The notes below the pieces were generated by a model that was not told the DNA's origin, did no database searches, and saw only the letters and a program-made list of their open reading frames with translations. A DNA stretch of 64,000 nt from contig CBDDIJ010000003.1 of assembly GCA_965228855.1 (NCBI GenBank), positions 1,824,001-1,888,000 of the forward strand, written 5' to 3'. Numbering within the stretch: position 1 is the stretch's first letter; each line of letters begins with the position of its first letter. A program made the position numbers and the translations under genes. Shown here piece by piece: positions 39,546 to 48,014 of this stretch. This stretch comes from Candidatus Obscuribacterales bacterium (GTDB lineage Bacteria > Cyanobacteriota > Vampirovibrionia > Obscuribacterales > Obscuribacteraceae).

Positions 39546-40646
39546 ATGGGACAACAAGCAAACCACGAATCGATTGGCGACATCGCCCGCGACCCGCTCA
39601 AGGGCGGAGCTGATGGAGCTTATAAACAGTTACGCGCAGAAGTAATCGGCACCGACCCTTACGACACCGTCGCAGCGCACAATCGAATGTCGGAAGCTAC
39701 TCAAGATATGGTAGACCAGGGCGTTCTCCCACAAGTATCGGCAGCATGGCTGAAGAACGAATTCTCGAGAATCGACACAAGCGGAAATGGACTTATCGAA
39801 CGCGACGAAATCAAGGCCGCGAAAGAGCAAAGCACAAGATTCGGTGAGTTTGACGGAACTTTCGCCAATGAATTCGATAACAACCTTTTCGATAGATTGG
39901 CGTCATTGGATGAGCGAATCGGCGAAGAGAACATCTCGAAAGGCGATTTGAACCGCTTCTTGCGCCGCGATGATCGTGCTCATCGCAGAGAGAATAGACA
40001 AGAAGATGCACGAGATGAACTCGCACCTTTGTATCAAGGAGCAGACCCAGCGATCAACTATTTGAACACTGACGGCAATCGAAGAGTAAGCAGATCCGAG
40101 ATGAAAGCATTTATGCGCGACTATGAAAAGTTTCATGGAAGCGGTCCTTACACCGAAGAGAATGCAAAACTCGTAGATGACCTTCTACACGGCCGCGTCC
40201 TCTCGATTCATCACGGCGGTGCAGGCGGTTTCTCCGCAAGACACACTGCAAAGGCTATGGGAATGGATTCGGCGCATGGCAGAAAGCATAAAGATTTCTC
40301 ACTGGTAGTCGAGGACTACGACAAGGAGCGACCAACCAGATACGGTCAGGCAGACCCAAGTTCACCAGGAGAGGGAGAACGAAGCGATTCTGCTGTGGAA
40401 GTCAAACCGACGGCAGCGCCGGAAGTTTGCCCGGAGCCGGTGGAGAGCTATAAGGTCAAGAAAGGTGATTGCGTCTGGAACATCGCAAAAGATCACATGA
40501 CTTCGGACGAACACCGTCCAAGAAATCGCGAGGTGCACAGGTACGTGAAACAGATCTCCCGCGTCAATGATCTGGACAAAAACGGCAGATCTCCGGACCT
40601 CATCTATCCAGGTGAGAGCCTGCTGATTCCGCCTCTAGACAGATAA
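39546..40646 (+). CDS. EF-hand-like and LysM domain protein
   Basis: Loops DTSGNGLIERDE and NTDGNRRVSRSE; C-terminal YKVKKGDCVWNIA...PDLIYPGESLLIP. Confidence 0.8.
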   Translation: MGQQANHESIGDIARDPLKGGADGAYKQLRAEVIGTDPYDTVAAHNRMSEATQDMVDQGVLPQVSAAWLKNEFSRIDTSGNGLIERDEIKAAKEQSTRFGEFDGTFANEFDNNLFDRLASLDERIGEENISKGDLNRFLRRDDRAHRRENRQEDARDELAPLYQGADPAINYLNTDGNRRVSRSEMKAFMRDYEKFHGSGPYTEENAKLVDDLLHGRVLSIHHGGAGGFSARHTAKAMGMDSAHGRKHKDFSLVVEDYDKERPTRYGQADPSSPGEGERSDSAVEVKPTAAPEVCPEPVESYKVKKGDCVWNIAKDHMTSDEHRPRNREVHRYVKQISRVNDLDKNGRSPDLIYPGESLLIPPLDR

Positions 40647-40693
40647 GCATTACATCAACCAGAGCAGGAGCATGAGCACCGCGCATGGTGGCG

Positions 40694-40735
40694 AAGAGAA
40701 GGCCCAGTATCGGAAACGAGCTGGGCACTCTCTTT
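40694..40735. terminator. probable terminator hairpin between convergent genes
   Basis: AAGAGAAGGCCCAG...CTGGGCACTCTCTTT. Confidence 0.55.
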
Positions 40736-42530
40736 AGAATTCCGGAGTCGAAAACGCATAAGCAGGCAGCGTAGTTAAGCGCGAGTCGTGAACGGCTTTT
40801 CCAAAGGTGAAGTTGTAGATCACTTCTTTTCCATCATCAAGAGCTAGATATTTGTTTATATCATCATCCACAAAGCAGCCTATCCCTGTGGCGTCATGAC
40901 CGAGGGCGCAAGCGGTCAAATAGAGCATTTGACCTATGTATCCGGCCTCATAATGCGCGAATCGGTAGCAGCGATCACCATACAGACGGTAGCCTTCCTG
41001 AAAATCTGCAATCATCGAAACAGAAAATGCGCCGTCACTAGCTATATCCTGGAAGCAGCTGGTTTCCTTCGCGCCCTCCCTCTGATCGCGCAAGAGGAGG
41101 GGAACGAGGTTGTTTTCAAACCGATCGAAGTAATAAAGACCTGGTGCGAGACCCTCCACTCGGTGAACGTAGAGATACAAATGAATAAGATGCTCGCGAG
41201 CAGATCGAGTCCAGTGACCATCGGTTACAACATCAACACCCTGAAAGTCAGCAGGGAAACCCATGGTAGAGGTACGCAGAATGTACGTCAGGTGCTTCAA
41301 CGGCATGCCGGTTTTACCATCCATGTCGACAGCAGACCGTCTCTTACGAATAGTTTGGTGAACCGACTTGTGCTGAGAGATCTCGCTTGCGTTCTCAAAA
41401 TCAAACTGCAGGTCTATTGCGTCGCCGGCAGCTTGGACGGGACCAGGTTTTGGTGCCGCCTTCGCAGCTCCCCCGGTAAAAAAATCTTTCTGTTTGCGAC
41501 GAACATCACGGCACGAATCTAAACCATATTTGGTCGCCTGGTAGACTCTCGAGATCTGAGGATAGTCGATAATTTGAGACGACAACTGATTCGGTTTTCC
41601 GATAAACGGGCCCAGAGCAGAAAGTGTCGTGGTCTCCGTTCCAGCCGGATCACCCGGTTGCGCCGCCCCCGCATGGAAAGAATCCAGCGAAAGCACAGAG
41701 TCGTGCGGAGCAAACAAATTAGCAGAACCAGGAGACAGCAGGACCAGAGCAAGCGGCTTCTCATCAGTCTGGTTTAAACCCAGATAGTCTGCAACCTCTT
41801 CGTCAGGGAAAATACCAACGATGCGCATCGACCAGCCCAATGCCGACGCCGACAGAGACAGCGAAGCAAGCGCATGTCCCATATCATGCTGACAGTAGCG
41901 GAATGCGCGCTCCCTGTATTTCCAGGCCTCTCGGAAAAATATCGAGGAGAGACATAGCACCACAGGAGGTGCATCGATCTGAATGCCGAGCCGCCGTAAA
42001 AGCGGAGTGACGGCATCACCGCGCACGCGCTGCTCGAGCTTATGCTCATTGACTTTATAGTGATACGCACCGGCGCCGAGACCGACGGAACCACGACTGA
42101 TGAGCACATGAGTATCAGTCGGATGAAGATTTCCTGATGACGCATTGACGCGAAGCGCCCATCGATTGTTTGTACCGACAACCTGTTTCCATGCACTTAT
42201 CGCCACGCCATAGAAGAGAAGGTTGGAGATGAACTTGAGAAGATCATCCGTTTCCGGCTTCTGTGCATCGCTGTCCCGTTGGCTAAAAACAATCCGAGCG
42301 TTTTCAACGTGTGAAACTGCCGCCTGAAAAAGATCCTGGCTGGAAACCGAGAACTCATGCGGCAGATCAATGAGCGGCGCGCCGTCGAAACGGAGAAACG
42401 GATCGGGCTGACTGTCCCAGGCAAGACGATGACCATACGAATACAGTTTCTGAATCGTGTGCTTGGTGGCGTGATGGTATTCGTAAAACGGGGATTGTTT
42501 CAAATCCGTTTCTGTGCGGCTGAATGGCAT
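40734..42530 (-). CDS. SagB/ThcOx-family (tandem nitroreductase) FMN-dependent oxidoreductase
   Basis: YHHATKH, LRVNASSGNLHPT, REAWKYRERAFRYCQHDMGH, IRKRRS, GIGCFVDD. Start placed at ATG 42530. Confidence 0.88.
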   Translation of the reverse strand: MPFSRTETDLKQSPFYEYHHATKHTIQKLYSYGHRLAWDSQPDPFLRFDGAPLIDLPHEFSVSSQDLFQAAVSHVENARIVFSQRDSDAQKPETDDLLKFISNLLFYGVAISAWKQVVGTNNRWALRVNASSGNLHPTDTHVLISRGSVGLGAGAYHYKVNEHKLEQRVRGDAVTPLLRRLGIQIDAPPVVLCLSSIFFREAWKYRERAFRYCQHDMGHALASLSLSASALGWSMRIVGIFPDEEVADYLGLNQTDEKPLALVLLSPGSANLFAPHDSVLSLDSFHAGAAQPGDPAGTETTTLSALGPFIGKPNQLSSQIIDYPQISRVYQATKYGLDSCRDVRRKQKDFFTGGAAKAAPKPGPVQAAGDAIDLQFDFENASEISQHKSVHQTIRKRRSAVDMDGKTGMPLKHLTYILRTSTMGFPADFQGVDVVTDGHWTRSAREHLIHLYLYVHRVEGLAPGLYYFDRFENNLVPLLLRDQREGAKETSCFQDIASDGAFSVSMIADFQEGYRLYGDRCYRFAHYEAGYIGQMLYLTACALGHDATGIGCFVDDDINKYLALDDGKEVIYNFTFGKAVHDSRLTTLPAYAFSTPEF

Positions 42531-42912
42531 GAGCAGAGCGTTTCCCTTGATGCAGTCGCCGGCGTTCGAACATCTCCGGCGAGCGACCGTTTTTCCAATC
42601 TTTATCCGACCAGTATATATACGATCGGAAATTAGATGCTGCTTCAGCGACGGACTAGCCGACGTTGCCAACAAAAATTCATAGATGCCGTCGCAAACAA
42701 GAGCCAGAGCCAGAAATCATTGCTCGAAACCTTTGTTGTCATGAGACGTTTGAGATTGGGTTGGGTTTTCAACAGACGAAACTCAGGAAAAACCCTATGG
42801 TCTCCTGAAAAACCGGCAAACTATGCTGAGGTATACCAGCCGCTGGTTTTTCCCGCGTGTAGCCCGAGAAAGATTAACCATCGCCAGCGGTTGCTTACAA
42901 AGACGTTAGAGG

Positions 42913-42942
42913 GAGGGAAGAGTGACCTTCCCTCGTCTTTTT
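42913..42942 (+). terminator. plus-strand terminator-like hairpin between two minus-strand genes
   Basis: GAGGGAAG-AGTGAC-CTTCCCTC then GTCTTTTT. Confidence 0.5.
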
Positions 42943-42992
42943 GGAGAGTTCTTCTCCGAGACGATCGAAAACGAAGGACGTTCCCTCCAGGT

Positions 42993-43787
42993 TCAGTCTT
43001 CGAGGAATGCCACCACTCTCGCCGGCGCCGCGCTGGCACCAACCAGTTTTATCGGGAAAAACGCGACTTTGAACCCGGAAGATGGAACGCTGTCCAGGTT
43101 GACTAACTGCTGAACAACGAAGAACTCCTTATCGCGATGAGCGAAGTGTGCATCCCAGATAAACTTCTTGTCTCTGGTTTTCTGATACTCAGCAATCATG
43201 ACGTGAAAGGGACGATCCCAACCAAGGGCGTCGGTGCCCCCGACCTTCGCTCCTTTATCAGCCAGCCACTGAGCCGATTCTCTTGTCATTCCCGGATAGT
43301 TGTAGCGCGCCGGATCGTTAATCGCGAACTTGTCGTGATCTGTTCTTATCAAGACAGCTTCACCGCCTGTGATATCACACCCGATCTTGTCCAGGGCCGA
43401 TTCCAGATCGGATACTGTAATTCCGCTGCCGGAGCCTCTTTTGTGTGTCATGTCCAGCACAATGGCAGGCAGATACAGATCGTGCAAATCGATTTCGTCA
43501 ACAGCTTTGGCCCTCTCTCCTCCGCAAGTGCTGCCGTAATGCAAGGGAGCATCCACGTGTGTTCCCATATGGCTCGACATTTTGAGATTGTCCTCGCCCC
43601 AGCCTTCGCCTTCTGGTAAGTCTTCTTTGCTGCAACCGAAAATCTCCATCATGATTTCGGCGCCTTTCTGATTGTCTATATATTCGATTTCTGGAGATAT
43701 TATTCTGAAGAGTGGCTTGATAATATCTGGAAAGCTAGCCTCATCCAGCGGCTTGAGAGCCCGCGTCAGGTCTACCAGTCGTGTCAT
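42993..43787 (-). CDS. cyclase family protein (kynurenine formamidase-like metal hydrolase)
   Basis: HxGTHxDAPxH motif (SHMGTHVDAPLHY), YPGMT, PIKLVGASAAPARVVA. Confidence 0.9.
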   Translation of the reverse strand: MTRLVDLTRALKPLDEASFPDIIKPLFRIISPEIEYIDNQKGAEIMMEIFGCSKEDLPEGEGWGEDNLKMSSHMGTHVDAPLHYGSTCGGERAKAVDEIDLHDLYLPAIVLDMTHKRGSGSGITVSDLESALDKIGCDITGGEAVLIRTDHDKFAINDPARYNYPGMTRESAQWLADKGAKVGGTDALGWDRPFHVMIAEYQKTRDKKFIWDAHFAHRDKEFFVVQQLVNLDSVPSSGFKVAFFPIKLVGASAAPARVVAFLED

Positions 43788-43879
43788 ATGTGGCTTCTCC
43801 GGTTTTATATGCTATGGACAATTTAGCCAATTCGGGTCATTTTAGATAGAGAACAGGTCTCTGTGATTACTGGAGTGTC

Positions 43880-44425
43880 ATGTTTCCAAAGTTCTTCACA
43901 TTGGAGGAAGCGAGGGCAGCATTGCCCGTCATCAAGGAATTTCTCCTTGCTGCCAATAGCGAGCTGGAAATACTCGCCGAGGACCTTATAGAAGCTAACG
44001 AGCGATTCGACCGCATTGAGAAGCGCCTGACCCACGCAAACATCATCAGCGTGGCGACCAGGGATAGCACGCTTGACTGGTCGAAAGCCGACGAGCTTTT
44101 CGAACGCGAAGTCAAACGCAGCGGTGCCTTGCATCATACTCCACACGAGGAAGATGAAGAGCGCTTCTCAGAAGCGGCTCATTCGCTTGCCGATTTGCAA
44201 AACAATTATTTGATCAGGTTGAACTACTGGCTCGACAAGATCAACGAGCAAGGCGTTATTCTGCGCGATTTGAGAACCGGATTGCTCGATTTTCCAGCCA
44301 GAGAAGGCTCGCTCGAATACTTTCTTTGCTGGAGACTTAGTGACTCGGATATAACTACCTGGCACCCGGTCAATGAAGGCTTTGCCGGACGGAAGCCTCT
44401 GTCAGTCCTTATCGAATACACTTAA
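43880..44425 (+). CDS. DUF2203 domain protein
   Basis: FTLEEARAALP, LRDLRTGLLDFP, LCWRLSD, WHPVNEGFAGRKPL. Confidence 0.88.
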   Translation: MFPKFFTLEEARAALPVIKEFLLAANSELEILAEDLIEANERFDRIEKRLTHANIISVATRDSTLDWSKADELFEREVKRSGALHHTPHEEDEERFSEAAHSLADLQNNYLIRLNYWLDKINEQGVILRDLRTGLLDFPAREGSLEYFLCWRLSDSDITTWHPVNEGFAGRKPLSVLIEYT

Positions 44426-44426
44426 A

Positions 44427-45173
44427 CTAACGAGAGTCCGGCACCGGCGCTTCCTCAATCGGTTTTTCGATTGATATCGCATATGGTGCACTACGAACAT
44501 TGTTCGTAGTTACAACGACTTCAGCTTCGCCGTTGCCGATGTGATCGGGAACTTTGACGGTGAGGGAATTGCGAGACGCATACAGCAATTGGGCGTCCCT
44601 TCCGCCGATGGAAACGTGGTTCTCGGACGGGTCGAGACTGAAACCTTTTCCTGAAAGGGTAAGGCGTCCACCTGCACGCGCAGTGGTGGGATTAATACCG
44701 GCGAATTCCGGAGTCAGTGGACCTTGCAGCACCCAACTCATGACCGCACCTTTGGGAGCTGTACCCTCAAGAATCAATGTGTTTATGCCCTGGAATACTT
44801 TGCCTGACAAATCGACATTCACCGTATGGCGCTCAATATAACTTTCGTCAAAAACCAGGTCTGCAGTAGGTTCCTCAGCGCCTTTGAGATTGGAGACGTT
44901 CATGTCACCGCCGATTAAAACTCGAATCCAGTTGAAACCGGCAGTTCCGCCGACACCGTTGTGGATAATCAGCGTCAGCGGTTTCATCACATCGGCTGCA
45001 TCAAGTTTGAACTGGCCAAAAAACCGCTGCATATGTTTCGAATTCGCGACAAAAGGACCTGCTGTTGCCACTTCTTCTACCGCGGTAGTGGAGACCTGAG
45101 CGAAACCAGGCGCTGGTGCAATGCCTAAGGCAAACGCCAAGATGAAAGCAATCAGTCGACGTTTCATTGTCAT
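44427..45173 (-). CDS. secreted IPT/TIG domain protein
   Basis: Signal peptide; C-terminal INPTTARAGGRLTLSGKGF...LTVKVP. Confidence 0.75.
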   Translation of the reverse strand: MTMKRRLIAFILAFALGIAPAPGFAQVSTTAVEEVATAGPFVANSKHMQRFFGQFKLDAADVMKPLTLIIHNGVGGTAGFNWIRVLIGGDMNVSNLKGAEEPTADLVFDESYIERHTVNVDLSGKVFQGINTLILEGTAPKGAVMSWVLQGPLTPEFAGINPTTARAGGRLTLSGKGFSLDPSENHVSIGGRDAQLLYASRNSLTVKVPDHIGNGEAEVVVTTNNVRSAPYAISIEKPIEEAPVPDSR

Positions 45174-45211
45174 TCTCTGTCCAATTTTAGATTTTGAAAC
45201 CGTTTGCGAAT

Positions 45212-45334
45212 TTAGAACTCAGCGACGAGTCCGAACATCGCGATCAAAATGATAAAGCTGAAGTACAGGAGGAAGAACCACACCCAGCGGTTGATCAATT
45301 GAGTTTCGGTTAGTTTTACGTCTTTGCCGGCCAT
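45212..45334 (-). CDS. small single-TM protein (40 aa), distal gene of the respiratory operon
   Basis: Hand-translated MAGKDVKLTETQLINRWVWFFLLYFSFIILIAMFGLVAEF; purine-rich RBS; 42 nt after the mvhD-like stop. Confidence 0.7.
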   Translation of the reverse strand: MAGKDVKLTETQLINRWVWFFLLYFSFIILIAMFGLVAEF

Positions 45335-45376
45335 TTCAATCTCTCTTTATTTATCCACGCTTGTTCTGTGCAGAAC

Positions 45377-46018
45377 CTAGTCCTTCTTCTCTTCGGTCTT
45401 AGATTCTTCGGCTTTCTTTTCTTCTGCGGGCTTGTCACCGGAGGTGGTGGCAGCATCAACCTTAGCTTCAGCAGCCTTATCGGCATCTGCCGGGGTTGTT
45501 TCAGCAGTAGGTTTCGACTCTATAGCAGCCTTCGCATCTTCTTTCTTATCGTCACTCGGAGTAGCAGCTGGTGCAGCCGGCTTAGCGGCGGGCGCAGGTT
45601 TGGGTGCGGCTGCCGGAGCAGCGGCGAGCGGTTCCAAACCTTTGATGTAGGCGACGAACTCTTTTGCTTCAGCTTCAAACTTCCCGCGTTGCAGTCTGGA
45701 TAGCCAGAGCGCAAGTACACGTCGTCTTTCGACCGTCTTTTTCAAGCCGGGAGTACGCTCGCCTAAAAGTCTCTCGCGAATCATGCGATTGCCTTCGCGG
45801 TAATAGCAGTCGCCGATCTGGCAGCCGGTGACGATGACTCCGGAAGCGCCGGCTTTAAAGGCACCTTCGATCATCAGCGGTTGTACCATTCCGGAGCAAG
45901 GCAGTTTTACGACTTTCAGACCGGAAACGGTCGTGCAGTTACCTGCTTTGTCGCAGATGCCATCAACATCGGCGGCACGCTCGCATAAAAGTGTTATTAC
46001 TGTCTTCTGATCGGTCAT
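45377..46018 (-). CDS. mvhD: MvhD/FlpD-like [2Fe-2S] protein (hydrogenase delta subunit family) with Ala/Pro/Lys/Glu-rich tail
   Basis: LLCERAAD, VKLPCSGMV, AFKAGASGVIVTGCQIGDCYYREGN supply the four MvhD-type Cys. Confidence 0.85.
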   Translation of the reverse strand: MTDQKTVITLLCERAADVDGICDKAGNCTTVSGLKVVKLPCSGMVQPLMIEGAFKAGASGVIVTGCQIGDCYYREGNRMIRERLLGERTPGLKKTVERRRVLALWLSRLQRGKFEAEAKEFVAYIKGLEPLAAAPAAAPKPAPAAKPAAPAATPSDDKKEDAKAAIESKPTAETTPADADKAAEAKVDAATTSGDKPAEEKKAEESKTEEKKD

Positions 46019-46068
46019 TTCGGTTTACCTTCTGAACTCCGAATCGTGGTCACTGTATATGGTGCCGA

Positions 46069-47217
46069 TTAGGCAGATTGGCTGTTGGCCAATTGTTTGA
46101 TTTTCTCGTTAACATCCGAATCCAGGAGATTCGGCAAATCGATCGCATCGAATGCGCAAGCGCCGACGCAGACGCCGCATCCAGAGCAACGGTAAGGTTT
46201 GACCGTCGCCAACAATTTGAAACGAGAGCCGGCTGGAGCAGGCACCATCTCGATAGCCTGGAACGGGCAATCTTTGAAGCAGAACGAGCAACCTGTACAT
46301 TTCGAATCAACGACTTCCGCCGATTCCACCGGTTTCTTATTAGTGAACGGATACGGAATCAAACAGAGTGCAGCCGTGATCAAGATCATCGAGATCCAGA
46401 AGCCTGTCGTGCCAAGTGCACCGAGAACGGCATAGGGCAACAGGAAGAAAACGTCGATATCCATGCTGGTCGGTTGCGAATTCAAATCTGCAATCTTGGT
46501 TGCGGTGATCGGGAAGAAGTAGACAACCGCAAAGATGATGGTCATCAAAATGTAGTTGAGCGCAGGAGGCGGTGTGATGACCGGTCTCGACATACGCACG
46601 TAGTGGATCCACAGAGCGAAAAGTAGTGAGAACGAAAGTCCGATGTGGATAAACAGGAAGTTCGACAGGGTCAGGTTGGAAATTGTCCGACCGTTTAGGA
46701 ACCAGTTTCTAAGCGGTTCTCCAATAACCGGAACGACTTCGAGAGCCGATACGGTCATACGAGTAAGAAGGAGCGAGCGCTCGTCCCAGATCAGGTAATA
46801 ACCGGTTTGACCGATGAAAAGAACCATCAACAGCAGGACGATACCTGATTCCCACTGAACCCAGCGGTACTGGCGATATCTATCGGTAAACCACACACGC
46901 ACCATGTGAATCAAAATTGCAACGACCATCGCATCGCCGGCGTATCTGTGAACCGCGCGGATCACCGCGCCGAACGGAATATCGTTGGTGATGTATGCGA
47001 CCGAGGTATACGCATTAACGAGGTTCTTCGAGAAGTACGCGTTATCGATCGTCGGCACATAGTAGGCAAAAAGAAGCAGCCCACTTAAGAACAGGATATA
47101 CATGATGAACTGCGGCAAGGCGCCGTGGTAGTACAACGGGTTGTACTTGCTCGTCGATATCTTGTTGAGTAAATCTTCTGTTACCAGAAAAATTTGGGTC
47201 CAGATATTCGTTTTCAT
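46069..47217 (-). CDS. cytochrome b (#2) fused to a C-terminal 2x[4Fe-4S] ferredoxin domain
   Basis: Four His ligands in IRAVHRYAGDAMVVAILIH and FIHIGLSFSLLFALWIH; CTGCSFCFKDCP and CSGCGVCVGAC. Confidence 0.9.
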   Translation of the reverse strand: MKTNIWTQIFLVTEDLLNKISTSKYNPLYYHGALPQFIMYILFLSGLLLFAYYVPTIDNAYFSKNLVNAYTSVAYITNDIPFGAVIRAVHRYAGDAMVVAILIHMVRVWFTDRYRQYRWVQWESGIVLLLMVLFIGQTGYYLIWDERSLLLTRMTVSALEVVPVIGEPLRNWFLNGRTISNLTLSNFLFIHIGLSFSLLFALWIHYVRMSRPVITPPPALNYILMTIIFAVVYFFPITATKIADLNSQPTSMDIDVFFLLPYAVLGALGTTGFWISMILITAALCLIPYPFTNKKPVESAEVVDSKCTGCSFCFKDCPFQAIEMVPAPAGSRFKLLATVKPYRCSGCGVCVGACAFDAIDLPNLLDSDVNEKIKQLANSQSA

Positions 47218-47268
47218 TAGTCCTGTCCTTCGGCTCCCCTCTTCAATTCACGAAATCAAATTTCAAAA

Positions 47269-47607
47269 CTACTTCTTCTCGGGCAACGTCATCTTCTCTT
47301 CGTCATCAGCGCTGCCGATAGCCGCAATCGCAATCGCAGCACCTAAAAGAGCCAAGCCGATAGCCAGGGAGTAAACATATTCGCCTTTTTTACCCTCTGC
47401 CTTTTGCGACTCCAGATGCGTTTTGTGTTTATCGGCCGAGCCGCCATAAATCTCGCCCAGGGCCTTTCCAACCGGCTCGAGGTGCAGGAGTTTAAAAGTG
47501 TGAGGCAAATTATCGACATTCATGTCCAACTCTGCCCACGGCATCATTGCGCTTGCCCAGAGACAAAGCCCAATCGCCGCCGCCATTAATCCAACTCGAA
47601 TAGCCAC
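47269..47607 (-). CDS. hypothetical 2-TM protein in the respiratory operon
   Basis: GTG start 3 nt after the upstream stop; two hydrophobic segments. Confidence 0.7.
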   Translation of the reverse strand: MAIRVGLMAAAIGLCLWASAMMPWAELDMNVDNLPHTFKLLHLEPVGKALGEIYGGSADKHKTHLESQKAEGKKGEYVYSLAIGLALLGAAIAIAAIGSADDEEKMTLPEKK

Positions 47608-47610
47608 TTC

Positions 47611-47991
47611 TCAGCTCTCTCCCTTTTCAGTTACCACGACCTTGTTGCCGCTTTTGGGCTGCAGGGCAAGGTTGATTCTCTCAAACAACTGGATACGTTT
47701 TTTCAAAGTGCCTTTTGCTTTTTCTTCGAAGTAGACCCAGTAGGCATGCACTCCGAGAAACAACAAGGTGAAGACGGTGCCTGCGACCAGAGTGACGGCG
47801 TTGGCCAAACTCAAGTCCTTACCGATCTCGCGCCAACCTTCGAAAAAAAGAGAAAGCGCGTAAGCAGCACAGCTGAAGTTGATCAGCTTGTAGATGAACT
47901 TCACCTTTTGATGCGGGACCGAAGCATGCTCGGCAGTGCCACCATGTTCGGTGCCACCGGCTGATGCCTGCATCTTGTCCTTATTCGTCAT
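47611..47991 (-). CDS. hypothetical 2-TM protein in the respiratory operon
   Basis: Start placed at ATG 47991 (MTNKDK) to avoid overlap with cytochrome b; two hydrophobic segments. Confidence 0.7.
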   Translation of the reverse strand: MTNKDKMQASAGGTEHGGTAEHASVPHQKVKFIYKLINFSCAAYALSLFFEGWREIGKDLSLANAVTLVAGTVFTLLFLGVHAYWVYFEEKAKGTLKKRIQLFERINLALQPKSGNKVVVTEKGES

Positions 47992-48014
47992 CGAAAGTTG
48001 AAGTACTCCCATGT

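Noticed and set aside
40734..42800. RiPP (thiazole/oxazole peptide) cluster around the SagB-like oxidoreductase
   Set aside because: No YcaO, E1-like protein, transporter or convincing precursor peptide nearby; stand-alone tandem nitroreductases are common.
42808..42895. c-di-GMP-I, fluoride or guanidine riboswitch (fragments GGCAAAC, GGCGATGG, ACAC..GGGAAAAACC)
   Set aside because: Only short fragments match; the remaining consensus elements are missing.
45377..46018. Hydrogenase or heterodisulfide reductase operon implied by the mvhD-like gene
   Set aside because: No NiFe large/small subunit or HdrABC genes in the window.
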